Below are positions 15,239-28,382 of a DNA stretch of 64,000 bases, piece by piece. Made by a program: the position numbers and the translations under genes. The notes under the pieces were generated by a model that made no database searches, was not told where the DNA came from, and worked only from the letters and a program-made list of their open reading frames with translations. Numbering within the stretch: the first letter of the stretch is position 1; each line of letters begins with the position of its first letter. Source of the DNA: Antedon mediterranea (taxonomy: Eukaryota > Animalia > Echinodermata); assembly GCF_964355755.1 (NCBI RefSeq), contig NC_092680.1:8246001-8310000 (forward strand). The letters run 5' to 3'.

Positions 15239-17029
15239 TATAATTCCCTTGTTAATAGGATACAATACAAGTATAAACCTAATTTTCCACAAACTTTATA
15301 CTGTACCTTAAGAATGCTTGGATGGAAGTGTATTTGAGATGCATGTGTGCATCAACATTCATAATTGGTGATGATTGGAGACAATTGGTGGTATACTGTC
15401 CTTTTAGAGGTACAGTAAGTAGACGTGATATACTCCATTGAGTGGGTTTTTTTAGAATTCATAAATTATCCACTTCTTAAAACTTATTTTAATATTTTAC
15501 AGTAGTTTTGTTGCTTGCAAAAGAACATTTATTAGTACAAACTTTAATAATTCTTGGCCTGATCTGTTCATGCAAAGTAAATTAAATATAATTAAATTAG
15601 GTTTTAACGTTATATTTAGTGTCATTTATGATCATTGATTTTCTAACAAAACTAACAAATGTAATGAGTTAATTATATAATAGATCCACCTGTTTGTCAA
15701 CATTGAGTAGGCCAGAAATGACTTGTTAAGATCAAAGGTCATTTTAGTGAACATCTGTGAAAAGATGGATTTACTTGTAAGAAGACCTACTTTTTTCTTA
15801 TTGTAGTATTGCAGGGTTCTTAGTACTATGGAACGTCTTTAATTACTATGGAAATTTGGGTACAGATGAATAGAAATAAGGATAAATGCACCAAATATGC
15901 AAAATTATGATTTGGACTAAAATTATAAGATATCTCCTTCCCAAAAAACAAACCAAGACCCACACACCACAAAAAGTCTTTTTTTTTATTTTGAAATCAA
16001 CGTGGCCTTCCTTTATCTGCCAATCTGCCAATTGCATCTGTTGCTGAATTTTGAAATATTTTCAAAGAAGGCCTTTTTTCTTCTTTTTTTTTTAAGGTTT
16101 TGTGATGATATTCTCATCTAAATGTCATCACCGATAACAAATCATCATATTTTGAAAATATTATTAGTTTCACACTATTTAAAAAGCATTTTGTTGTTGA
16201 GTATCGTGAAAATCACAGTTAAATATGGTTCTCTTCTGGAGAGAGTAATATATCTCAATAATAATTTAATATAGACTAAGTATTTAAAGGTTTGCTATGA
16301 GACCATGTGTTTCCAAATGAAATAAAGTTGAGGTGTATTTAAAGGTAGAACAAATATAATAGTATAATATTATATTGAAATACGATAAGATATGATGGGG
16401 GTAGTACATAAGGGTGTGGTTGAGGATTAATCCAATATGGTAGTGGGGTGCTATATTTACTATTATATCTTTTCCTGGATAGAGCAGAGGCTATTAGTAT
16501 AATATGTTTATCCAAGTAAGAAGCACTCGTGTACTATATTTTAGTAGAAACATGCCCACAGTAAAACAATTCTGTATGCAATACAGTAGGCTATCATTTT
16601 GTCAATGAAGAATTTATAAATGCAAGGAATTTACTTGGTATGAGATTGAGATAGCCAGGGGTAATATAGCTATGCAACTGTATAACTACCACAAGAATGA
16701 GTTGAATTCCAACTTAAAGATAATCTGCAGATATGTTTTAATGACGTGGTAATTACCGCTAATTAAATAGGTTCCCACAGGGGAGATTCAACTGGGTTCA
16801 TATCACCTTGCATCAGTCATGTCCAGAAAGTGTAAACTAATTAAAAGTTTAAGACTATACCTGTAGTATATTCTACACAGTGCTGTACCTAATCATACAA
16901 ACTACCTCGCCACTGTACTCCAATTGGCCTACTGTACAGTATGCATCATTGGCTAGCATCTTTATACCATTGAATGCAATGGCCAATCACAATGAGCGGC
17001 TAATAAGAAGTATGGCTTTAAGGACATCA

Positions 17030-17179
17030 CTGATCACAAGCTAGTGAGCTGCTTTCAGAGAACAAAATGCAAATCTGAACTTATTTCTTTTTTTGGAGTA
17101 ATTTATAATAGAGATCCAAAAACAGATTTGTTATCTAAAATTAAACTGCTGCTGAGCTGTGTATCAAGATAAGTTGAAG
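17030..17179 (+). promoter_or_regulatory. Candidate alternative promoter or first exon of mef2
   Basis: CCAAT boxes at about 16948 (ATTGG) and 16983 (CCAAT), followed by a strong donor AAG|GTAAGA at 17179. The start position is approximate. Confidence 0.3.
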
Positions 17180-17660
17180 GTAAGACTGAGTATACAATAT
17201 GCTACTCCACCGATCTTCAAGTTTGTGCCTTAATGATTATTTTGATGGATTCAATAGTTCCCCCAAATTTATATACTTTAAATTTTCTTTAACTTTCTTC
17301 ACATTATTTTCGTAAACGCAAGATAACCTGTACGCAGGACATAGCTTTGATTTATCGTAGCAGAATATTTTGTTGGTCTTAAATTATTGGTAGTGTAACA
17401 TCTTGGGTTGTTTGTGTAGTACATACATACAGATTGTGTTGTCAAATAAATTTTAAAAAATTTAAATTTATAGAGTCGGATTTTACATTTTCATCTAAAC
17501 GATGTTTGCAGGTTTAAACATTTATATTTATTAGCAAGTTGCTTTTGATTTTAAATTGATTTTTAAGCAATTATGATTCTAACTATGGCATCTCGGCTAA
17601 TCCGTTGATTAGATACGATACCAAAAAATGTTTAATATTTTGATATGATTGTTAGTGTTA

Positions 17661-17762
17661 CTCTTGAGGACGATCAAAGTATATTGATTGAAACGTCGAG
17701 AAACGCAACAGTTCTTTTCAATTTCAGAATTAATATAAAATGTGGTGTACTCGCAAACTTTA
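17661..17762 (+). ncRNA. Minimal type I hammerhead-ribozyme-like motif of a Penelope-like element or retrozyme remnant
   Basis: CTC-TTGAGGA-c-GATCAA-agtata-TTGATT-GAAA-C-GTC-GAG gives stem I CTC/GAG, core (C>U)UGAnGA, stem II and GAAAC-GUC. Two related copies lie at 19949-20250. Confidence 0.6.
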
Positions 17763-18009
17763 TTTAAATTTTTGTAATTTTATCAGGAGGTGATAGCATT
17801 ATTTTGCTTAATTATTTAATTTTTAAACCTTTAAGATATTTTATAATTAAGATCCACAAATTGTATAATGTATAATGTTGAATATTACTGTTACATTACA
17901 TTGCAAAAAAAAAACATTGTATTGCAGAAATTTTATATTGTAAACACTGAAGCCTTTCAAAAAGATTCAGACAATTGAGTTGATGACAGCTTTATAAGGT
18001 TTAGTCATA

Positions 18010-19026
18010 GACCCCGTTTACACTTCAGCTTTTAGCGAGCGCGAGGCCGGCTCCGAGCCAAAAGTGCACAAGTGTAAACACTCTGGGAACAACCGAGCCG
18101 GCTCAATTTTTAGCCTAGTCTAGAGTAGGCTTCGGGCCGGCAATTGCGGGCTTCGGGCCGGCACTTCGTATAGTGTAAACACTCGCGGTCATAAAATGAA
18201 CGTTCTGGATCAACTAGTTTAAAGTTTACGAAACTTATTGCTGATGAACGGGAATTCTTCATTGAAATTAAATTGGTGAAGATGTATACGCCTTTTTCAC
18301 GAAACGGAAGACATCTTCGATCGATGACAAACAATACCGTGCAACGAAGCGTAACCAACAGAAATTATTTCAGGGGATTTTAGGACACCATGCGGCGCCT
18401 ATGCTTATATACACTGTGGTGTTTTTTTCGATGGCCTTTAAGAAGTGAAAACAAATTTTCTAATTTTTTTCAATCACACAGTTATGTAGGCTAATCTTTA
18501 AAGAACATTTTACAGTAAAAATTTTGTCCATACGGCTGTCCGTTGAGGAGTTACGAATTAACTGAGTAATTGTCCTCAGAAAATAGGCTGAAAACGCTAT
18601 GTTATTTCTGATGGTTACGCTTCGTTGCACGGCATTGTTTGTCATCGATCGAAAATGTCTTCCGTTTCGCGAAAAAGGCGTATTAATCTACTACTATTCT
18701 TCAGAAAACGAGACGCAAAAATTAGTAGTAAAGCAATAATATTAAATACCGTTATTTGATTCTTTTTTGCTAAATTTCGATAGGCCTAGGCCTAGTCTAG
18801 TGTAACTTTTTAAGACGGTTGGTGGGCGCACATGAGCGGATATGACATGAATGTAGCGAAATCGTATCATTGAGCACTCTTCCGCGAGAGCAAGTGTAAA
18901 CACAATAGTAAGGGCCCGAGGCCGGCTTTTTGGGTAAGTGTAAACACATTGCAGGCTAAAAAGAAAGCCGGCGTCGGACCGACTTGGGGCCGGCTAAAAA
19001 ATTGTCGATGAAGTGTAAATGGAGTC
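18010..19026. mobile_element. PIF/Harbinger-like non-autonomous element
   Basis: TIR GACCCCGTTTACACTTCA matches at 16/18, 3-bp TSD ATA, and repeated sub-terminal AGTGTAAACAC motifs. Confidence 0.8.
18286..18683. mobile_element. Nested MITE with inverted repeats of about 80 bp
   Basis: ATACGCCTTTTTCACGAAACGGAAGACAT...GCGTAACCA is mirrored at about 18605-18683. A TA duplication is possible. Confidence 0.7.
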
Positions 19027-19948
19027 ATATTCCATTATTTTCTTTTCAAATAGGTGTGGTAAATTTTAACTTGTATCTGGCTTCATTTTTAACTATACAG
19101 AGGTTAATAATACTGTGCATTGTTTTTAGAATACATTATGCTATATGCATTGTGTTATACTCTTCACATACTCCTTAGGAGGTATTGCAATACTTATACC
19201 AAACAATCTAGTGATTTTATGAGCTATGCAAGGTGAACCCCAGCAAACTGACCTATGACCTCTGGAGCCTAACCCTGCACATACATACATCATGAATAAA
19301 ACTTGAGGATGAAACAGATGGTTGCTTTAATGTTTTGATTTTAAAGGGGTAAAGTATTGCCTTGAACTTTGTAACCTTGAATGTTTATCAAGGACTCTAT
19401 TTTATCTGGATTTTTGTGTACATTATTTCATTTTGTTCTGATGAAAAATGCTTTTGTTTTTGTGACATATTTCTGTTGAGCTTGTTGATCATAAATCTGT
19501 ATTAACATTGGGTTGTTGAGGCCTACAAAGTTATGCTTTCATATCATTTGCAGCGTACAACTCCGCAACATAAAAGATAAGTAGAACATCTTACGACACT
19601 GACTTTTCATTAGTTACGAAAGCTCAGGCTACAAGATTTGTGTACTATAGTCATAAAACGCAATTCAAAATCAATGATTTTGACCTCCAACCAGTCAAAT
19701 TTACTAAGTGCATCCCAGATGTGTCGCCCTAATTTCTGATACTTTAGTTTGTAACAAAATATTAATAAATCGAGTCTACACACTCCTACAATGCTAATTA
19801 TAATGTGAACTTGCTTCCGATATGAACATACTGTAAAACATAACTAAGATTACTCTGTTTGTCTATTAATAAATATTACCAATTTTTAACAAAATGCCTC
19901 AAGGTCATCAACTATTTGTTTAAAGGTTTGCATGGCAAAATCAAATGT

Positions 19949-20250
19949 TGATATCAAGTTTGCGGTACACCACATATATCTAGTTCAAGAAAAGAACTGT
20001 TGAGTTGACATTTTGATCAATATACTTTGATTGATCGTCTTTGGGAGTGAGAAAACAGAAAGTCCAGGAAACTGGAAATATAAGTGAAATTGGGTGGGAG
20101 ACTGATATGAAAGCTAAAACAATAGCAAGTTTCCTGGACTTTCTTCATTCTCACTCCTGAGGACAATCAAAGTATATTGATCAAATGTCGGGAAACTCAA
20201 CAGTTCTTTTCAGAACTACATATAAGTGGTGTACCGCAAACTTTATATCA
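19949..20250. repeat. Inverted pair of Penelope-like terminal repeats with decayed hammerhead cores
   Basis: Arms of about 125 bp (19949-20075 and 20126-20250) surround a 50-bp spacer. The right arm reads CTC-CTGAGGA-caatcaa-agtata-ttgatc-AAATGTC-ggg. Confidence 0.7.
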
Positions 20251-21090
20251 ATGTCATCAACTATCATATGGTTTGTATTCTTTAAATCTGCAATTAAAGG
20301 GGGGGGGGAATGGTTTATTCGAGGCTAAGCAACAGAAACAGACCCTAAAATACCCACTGACCACATTCAGTATAGGCAATCTATTTGCCTATACTAACAA
20401 CCACAATTCTCTTGTGTGGTAATTAAACTTTTATTTGTGGAAATAGTATTTGATACAGTATGCTGAACAGTGCATGTCCAATTTTGAAGTACACACTCAT
20501 TGGTTACACAATCTATTTTTTGTTATTTTATTGTATATCAATACACATAAATGAGTACAGTAGGTGAAATTTAACTGTAAGAAAATTATTGCATTGCAGT
20601 TCTGTGTTATACTTGTGGTTAGTTCAGTTGCAATTCTAGGTTGCATTTTAATTTATTTCAAATGAAGCTTTCTGTACGCTTACCCACACTTTTCTAAGTT
20701 AAATTACAGACCATTAGATTTTACTGTATCTTGCAGTTTGTTTTTTGTCCAAACATAAAAAATGCACTAGTTTTCCCAGAAATCTAAGCTGGTTAAATCA
20801 TGACCTGTAACAATAACATGATTTTAGTTGTGGTAAATTGAAGTCTGTTAAGTTAACATAACCAGAATGTTGTATTAATGTACCTGGAACTTATTTGAGT
20901 TATATCCGAAGTAAATCAGAGTTATATCAGAGTTAACAACACAGAGACGTATAAGAGAGTTACATTACTTTTACTTTATCTTTTTTTTTCAGGTTTTGTA
21001 TTCTAAACTATTGAATTCATTTGAAAAAGGACGTAGTTTATTTACGTCTCCTTGGACTGCCATTCTAACTTCAACTCTTTAAAAAACAAA

Positions 21091-21144
21091 ATGGGACGCA
21101 AGAAAATAAAAATTTCCAGGATTAATGATGAAAGGAATCGACAG
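21091..21144 (+). CDS. mef2: MEF2 coding exon 1 (MGRKKIKISRINDERNRQ), start of MADS box
   Basis: Canonical MEF2 N-terminus. Acceptor at 20992/20993, donor CAG|GTAAAC, phase 0, at the conserved intron position. Confidence 0.98.
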
Positions 21145-21517
21145 GTAAACTATTGTATTTCACAGGCTATTTTTATTCAATTCCATCCTTACCACTTGAA
21201 TCAATATCAAGGGTAGACGAGAAGCTACAGTAGGCTTTTGAAAGAGGCAACGCAGATTTAGGCTTTGGATTTATATACACTGCATACTACCAGTTGTTTT
21301 TTTCTAAACCGTTCAATGGAACCAATAAATAGAGCTTTTACCGTGAAGTATAACTAATACGGAACAGCATGTGATACAAAATTAATTATCAAATAATAAT
21401 AATAATGAATAATGGTTGACCTGCTTGTACAAATTAGAATTAACTTTCATCTTTTTAAGGATAGTAAATATAATAATAATAACAATAATAATTACTTAAA
21501 TATGTTTTTTTTTGTAG

Positions 21518-21763
<246 letters not shown>

Positions 21764-21770
21764 TAACTAA

Positions 21771-21899
21771 AGCTTGGTTTCCACTTTGACGCAACAAAAG
21801 GACGTAATCACCTTTACTAATCATGACGCGATGAAGCATCCAAATTGTAACTTGTGATGTGCCTACAACGCCGCATTGCGTCCAAATGGGAACCAAGCT
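21771..21899. mobile_element. Short Harbinger-like MITE
   Basis: TIR AGCTTGGTTTCCACTT / AAATGGGAACCAAGCT; same family as 32178-32337. Confidence 0.7.
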
Positions 21900-22932
21900 A
21901 TAGTAGTACTGTATTTCAGAGGCACATAGTTAAGCAAAAATTCAAAATATGGTTTTTATCAAAATGTAAACACAGCTTAATGGTTCTATAGTAAACTTTT
22001 ATTGCTGGCTGACATACGCCATCATGTGCCTATAAATCCCAGTTGAATTGAGAGTAAACACAGATACTGTATACACAGTCTAAAGACTATACTCCTTGAG
22101 AGATAACTATACCATGGCTTAGCCAATCAGATGCTGTGATTTGAATGTGCAGTATAATAAATACTATTATTATTTACTATTTTGTCTAAGATGCCAAATG
22201 TTCTTAAATAGTAGTTAATCATGTGATGAGGTTTCAACCAATTGCTAGACAGTTAATATTTGAGCCATTAATTCTTACTACAGTATTTGAAAGAATAATC
22301 ACTACATATTGTTTGTCAAGAAAAAACAAATCTAAGGTTACATTTTTTCAAATGTATTTATTCCAAGGGTATTAAATGTGTCAGAAATATTTTGTTTACA
22401 TCTAAATGTTCAAACATGAATCATTACTCAGTTGATCATGAAGCAGGTGACTGGAGTCATGAATGCAAGAACCAATAAACAAAAGGATAAGTCAGTCAAT
22501 TAGACAAGCCATCGAGATGTAGCCAGCTAGAAACTACGGCTTTGCACAAGCTTTGTACAAATCCAGGGATGCATGTCAATTTGGCCTGGCTAGGGTTATC
22601 AGAATATTGATTGGCAATGTTGTACACATATCTTTCAGGCTATTCACTTTGAATGTCATTGTCCAATGATATGATAAATGCCCCTTCTCCCCACCCCTCC
22701 CTTTTTGGACCTGCAAAACTTATTTGTCGACACTAATAATATTGATTATTGATATTGCAAATTTTAATTTGCAAATCTTTTGTAAATATTTTTGTATTAA
22801 TTTAGACACAATCAATGATGATAATGTTATATTAAATTAATAGTTTTGTTTCAAAAGTTTGTAACAAGTTAACCATACATTACAGTAGGTCCATAAAGCC
22901 TTTATTTCTAGTGTAGCAATTTCACAATAATA

Positions 22933-23625
22933 AACTAGAAAGCCACTCCGAGAGTGCATACCTCCACCTACAGTACTGTAAAATTCTACAAAAGATTTTT
23001 CCGGGAAAAAATATATATATATATATTTGTGTGTGTCTTAATGCTGTTTGCGATTTAGGCTAATTTCACTACAAGCATGTGTATGCGAGTTTGGTGTAAT
23101 GGTTATGCAACAAGCCTTTCAATTAACAATAGCTTCAGTTCACTAAACAATAGAACAGCAACGCGAAAATCAAACAAGTAAATTTGAAAAGAAATAGGTT
23201 TTTTAAACTACTCGCCTAAAAAAAGGTGCACATTATATCAAATTATGTTATAAAATTACATATCACAAATTATAACTCTTGCCTCTTGTACAAAAATGAA
23301 GTTTTTGGGACAAGTAGTTCTCGAGAAAATGCAATTTCAGTTTACTTGTTACTTTAAGACTGCTCGCCGGCTTTTGAAAAATGTTATCCTATCTTTTAAC
23401 ACTAGCAGGTCTGAAAAGTATACTAAAAAGTGATCCAGAATTGGGACCATGGCCTCAAATAGTCCCAACATTTTATGGAATGGTCCTTGACCACCTGTAT
23501 ATATTCATTTTGGTAAAGATCTTATAATTACTTTTTGAGTAATCCTGCAAACAAACAAACAAACAGACAAACAAACAAACAAACACACGTGACGGATTAC
23601 ATACCTAATTGGCAGGCGGACGTAA
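22933..23625 (-). mobile_element. HINE/DINE-1-like element, copy 2
   Basis: Collinear with and highly similar to 2950-3605, with the same termini and (ACAA/ACAG)n tract. Confidence 0.8.
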
Positions 23626-25802
23626 ATAATAAAATAGTCACTATTTACTGTTTTAACCTGCATACTCTAGGTTGGTCCCTTAAGAGCTTGGTTTAACTTA
23701 CTTTATTAAATTTGTACTCAAATTAAATTTGCAATATTGTACAAAGAAGGCTGATATAACAGAAGCTTAATCTCTACCCCAGCTAACATACAGTACCACC
23801 AGTCTAAAATTTAGGAATTTTTCAATCAAAATAAAACAACAATACAAAATGAAAAGAATTTCAATATTGTAGATAAATAATTGTCCTTATAAAACATTTG
23901 ATAACACTTGAACTGGTTTGCAAAGTTTACCTGTATGGTTTTATCTTTTGGGATTTAAAGAAAGATTGAATTTACAACCTTTGCCTGGAAATTGGATAAA
24001 CATTAGAGAACATCAGGTGATTTTGTAGGCATTGTTGGCAATCCAAAATGTATTTGTTGTGAAGGCCACTTTGGGAGGTAGGAAGCGTTTTGAGGTACAA
24101 AAGTATTGGTTGTAACGTACTGTATTTTACACCGTGTTTCTAAAATAGTTGGTACTGTACCTTTTAAATTCAGATTGCCACACCCAATATAGTTGTCTAG
24201 GTGATCAAACCAATTATAATTGTAGGCATGAAATATTAGTACGTGATCCCAGGTATAGCTGTACGAAAGTGTTGCATGCGTATTAACAGCTGGTTACCTG
24301 TCCGACCTTGTAATCTATACGGTTCTAGCGAGTGATAATGGCTGCAATCTCACCAGGTTCAAATAAGTCATCCTCAAACTCTGTATAATTTTATGCAGTT
24401 AGCATTATTCTAACCTGTTCTAGAGGCCTAGTTTTCATTCGGAGAGGCAGAGAGCTATATTAGCCTAAATATAACTAGGTGTCCCACTGAGGATCCGAAA
24501 AAGGGTTTGTGAAATTAACTTACTTCGCCAGGTATAATGCCCGCATTGTATTTTCAAAATCTAAGGAACTTGTATCCAGCTGAGCTGGGTGGATATGAAA
24601 TTCTAGTCAATACTGAAAATCAGCAGGTTGTAGTTTAAAATACCCCTACTTTTCTATTTTTTATGGAATACTCATTCATTCATAAAGCTATAGTTTTTTC
24701 TATAAAATGTACATACAATTTCAAATTAAGACAAACTTTAGAAACATTTTTAACACTAATTCAATTTTGAAAATGACAGTTTTAAGTAGCCTTTATTAGA
24801 TAAACCTAAACTATTTTTTCATGATTCACTTATTTTGACATTTTTAGGTTATTGACAATCAGTTTTTAAGTGACAGTCCGGAAAAGTTGTACTTAGTACC
24901 ATTTTCTACAGAAAATTACCTCATCACCAATTAACCATAATTATAGGTGTGTAAATTAGTAATCACTGTTAATGCCATGTTCTTGTAAAGTAACTAACTG
25001 TCTGGATCTCTGATGTACCATGTCTTAAACACATCCTCGTTGCTTATGGGGTACAGTATTTTGTTTATTATTACAAATATCAGTGTATCTTTTTATTTAA
25101 ATTTGATTTATTATTTTCTTTTAATAATAACATTGATATAATTTATAATATAATCGAAAAAAAGAAATTTTAATTAATGTACAAATAATATAGAATTCTT
25201 AGAAATAGATATACAAATCTTAATAAGATAAATACTGTAGTCAACATTTTTATTTATACCTAGTTTTGAAGAAAAAATAACATTTAACACATAAATATTG
25301 TGCTTTTACATTAAAAGAAATTGTGTGAGCTACTTGTGTATTATCAGAAAGTCTATAATATATAGTGTAGATGGTAATTGATAAAAGAATAGAGTATTCT
25401 AGTCTAAAACCTGATAGAGCATTTCTTGCTAGTAGTAGTAATGTATTTTAACTTAACTCAAAAACAAAAAAACTAAAACTAAATTTGTAACAAAGTTTGA
25501 TTTAAATATTCTCCTACTGTACCCTGATAGTATTCGAATAATTGAATAATTAGTTATATTTATAGAGCAATAATCTGATAACTGAACATAGAATACCAAT
25601 CCAATTAAATGCATATTTAAAGGAAAAAATCAGTGAAGCATAATTGTACAGTAGCACCCAATGAGAATAATTTGTAGCTAATCACTGGGTTATAAAATGA
25701 CCCAGTATCTCACTAAGCAATTGCTGTTCTATGACAGTGGTACTTAAACTTAATTTGACAACTGAGTTGCTCCAACTGATCATGTCATGTTACAAAGACC
25801 AA

Positions 25803-25869
25803 GGGAGGAGTGGGTGCCTGTTGAGAAGAATGGGTGCATGTTGGGAGGAGTGGGTACCTGTTGGGAGGC
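25803..25869. repeat. 20-bp tandem repeat, about 3.3 copies
   Basis: GGGAGGAGTGGGTGCCTGTT-like units. Confidence 0.7.
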
Positions 25870-28382
25870 TTTTATTAATAGTAACTTAAATAAATAGTTT
25901 TTATCTTTATAATTTTTAATACAGTAGATTAAACGAGTGACTTTGTCATACTGTGCGTATGTTCTGTGTATTCTGAATGTTGCAGAGCATTTTTAGCGAT
26001 TCATTTGTACCACATCTGAATAGTATATTTTGAAAATGATATTATTATTATTCCGAAAAATAATTTGATTAAACTTTGAAATTTTATTGAACTACTATTA
26101 ATATTTATTTATATAATTTCTTAGAAAAAAACTTTTGTGGGTTAATATTATTTTTTCTACTATACAAAATTAATTTTTGTTTGATATTTCTGTTTAAAAG
26201 TTTAACATCTAATCTTTATTTCTACAGTATCTTATACCAATTGTAATATAATTTCTCTTTAGTTTAATAACTTTAAATGAAGATATATATTTAATGTGTA
26301 CACTTATTTTCCAATTTAAAAGAATGCTGCATAGTTTGTACTGTCAAACAGTAAGCTTGTTTCCTACTACTGTAGGCAAATCAAAAGTGTATGAATATTT
26401 TTATTACAGTATCTTACAAATACAGTACGTTTCTGCGATGTTTTTCGCTTCAGAAAAAAACGGTAGCCAGAAAATGCATGATCAAAATAAATATCATGGT
26501 TATTTGCTCTTATATTGGGAAATAATCAAGGGCAGCAAGGCTCTTTGAAAATGTTGAATTCTCGCAAAATTTCATATGTAAAACAGGCTTAGTCCATTGT
26601 TTTTACTGTTTGGAAATTGAAGATTTCTTTAAAACCCTCCATGTATCAATGTGCCAAGTAAACATCAAAAAGATTAGCATGATTTTTCGTCAACGCTTTT
26701 CATTAAATCCATCGAAGAAAGAGTATTTTGTTTTCATTAGTATCTACAATCCAGTATGCCTAGTGTTTCCTAGTAATGAAATGAGCCAATTGAAGGGATT
26801 AAAGGGATATGATGTGGATTAGTATGAGAGATGATCCTCATAAACACATTGGATGTGAAGTATTGGTACAGTAAACCTATGCATGGTCTCAAGATAGACT
26901 TTAAATCTATAGGAAGACAAAAGTAGAGTTTGATCTGTTAGGGATTACCTTATTGACTATGCTATTGCCTTTTCATAAGAAATGTAGTTATGTTTAAATG
27001 ATTGACCAGAACTACACTGTACTGTAAGAGTTTAAATTATGTTTTGTATGTAGTAGTACTTGTACAGTAGTATAAACTTGTTATTTATACAGTAGTAAAT
27101 AAAAGTAGTATTATTTATATCTGTGAATTTTTGGGTGGTTTTACATCATTGATATGCTCTCAATTGTGGCTGATAGATTTATTGATTTGATTGATTCTTT
27201 TATTTTTCACACAACATTCATAAAAATATATCAAATAAAGAAACTAAAGTACAATAAAGGATAACCACAAGTAAGCAAAGCTTTTTATCTGTGGCACCCT
27301 AACTTAAAATATAAATTCACAAATATATTACAAAAATGATAATTAGATAATTATCTTGCTTTACTGCTGAACTAGTCAGTAACTCATTCTTCAACTTGAT
27401 CCAAGCCTTCAATGATATTACTTGAGGCATGATGAGAAATGCTGGCCTCATCTATTCCCTTGGAAATTGCTGCTTATGTTGCTTACAAGTAGTGATAGGT
27501 GCTAAGTTTGTTATAGCCACTGTGCAATCATCATTGCTTTTATTATTACTTTTATACCTGAGTTGGCACCAGGCCCAGGGGTAGAGTTTGTCATGTCCTG
27601 ATGATTGAGGTCAGTCTATATCATGCTGTTACACCATTTTCCTGTTTAGTTCTTAGTTCTTTGCAATCTTTTGGAAACAAACCAGCATAGGAAATTAACC
27701 TTCTGCCGTTTCATTGCTGCCATGCGTCTCCAGTTTATGTCAAGACGAGAGCATCACGGATGATGTTGTCGCCAATCTCTGCCGAGTCAATTTACTTTGC
27801 TCGGCTTTTAAAATCGCTAATATTAGAAAAAAAAGTAATTTGTGCTACAATTAGATGGAAAATGAAGGATGTTGAAGAATTTGATTGTGGATTGAAAATA
27901 TTCAAACCAAAAATGAACAAAGCAAATTAAGTAAAAAGTGATACCACTTGATGATGTGGAACGTATTAATACTTACTGTACTACTGTATAAACAGCCTTA
28001 AATTAGTATAGTAGTATTTTTCATCTTATTTGCCAATCTATCCGATTATACTAGTTTATTGAAGATTTAGTTTAATATTACCACCTACTGAAAGGTTAGT
28101 GTTATTGGACTAAGTTATACAGTATTATATAGATTTATAGTAAATAATCATTGTTGCATGATACATTGGTAAAAATATTGATAATGTATAGAAAACCAAC
28201 ATCATCATTTAATACATTATCATAGGCCATTGATTTATTTAAAAAAAATATTAGTACTTAAATTACAATGATTAAATTAAAAAAGTATACAGTAACACTA
28301 ATAGTAATTAATTAGTAATTTTACTCACAATAAAAATCTCATGTTTTAGAAAAAGATACAGATGTTTAAAACAATACATTTT

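Noticed and set aside
24487-24520. CTGAGGA...GAAA hammerhead-like spacing
   Set aside because: There is no convincing stem II adjacent to GAAA and no stem III or cleavage triplet.
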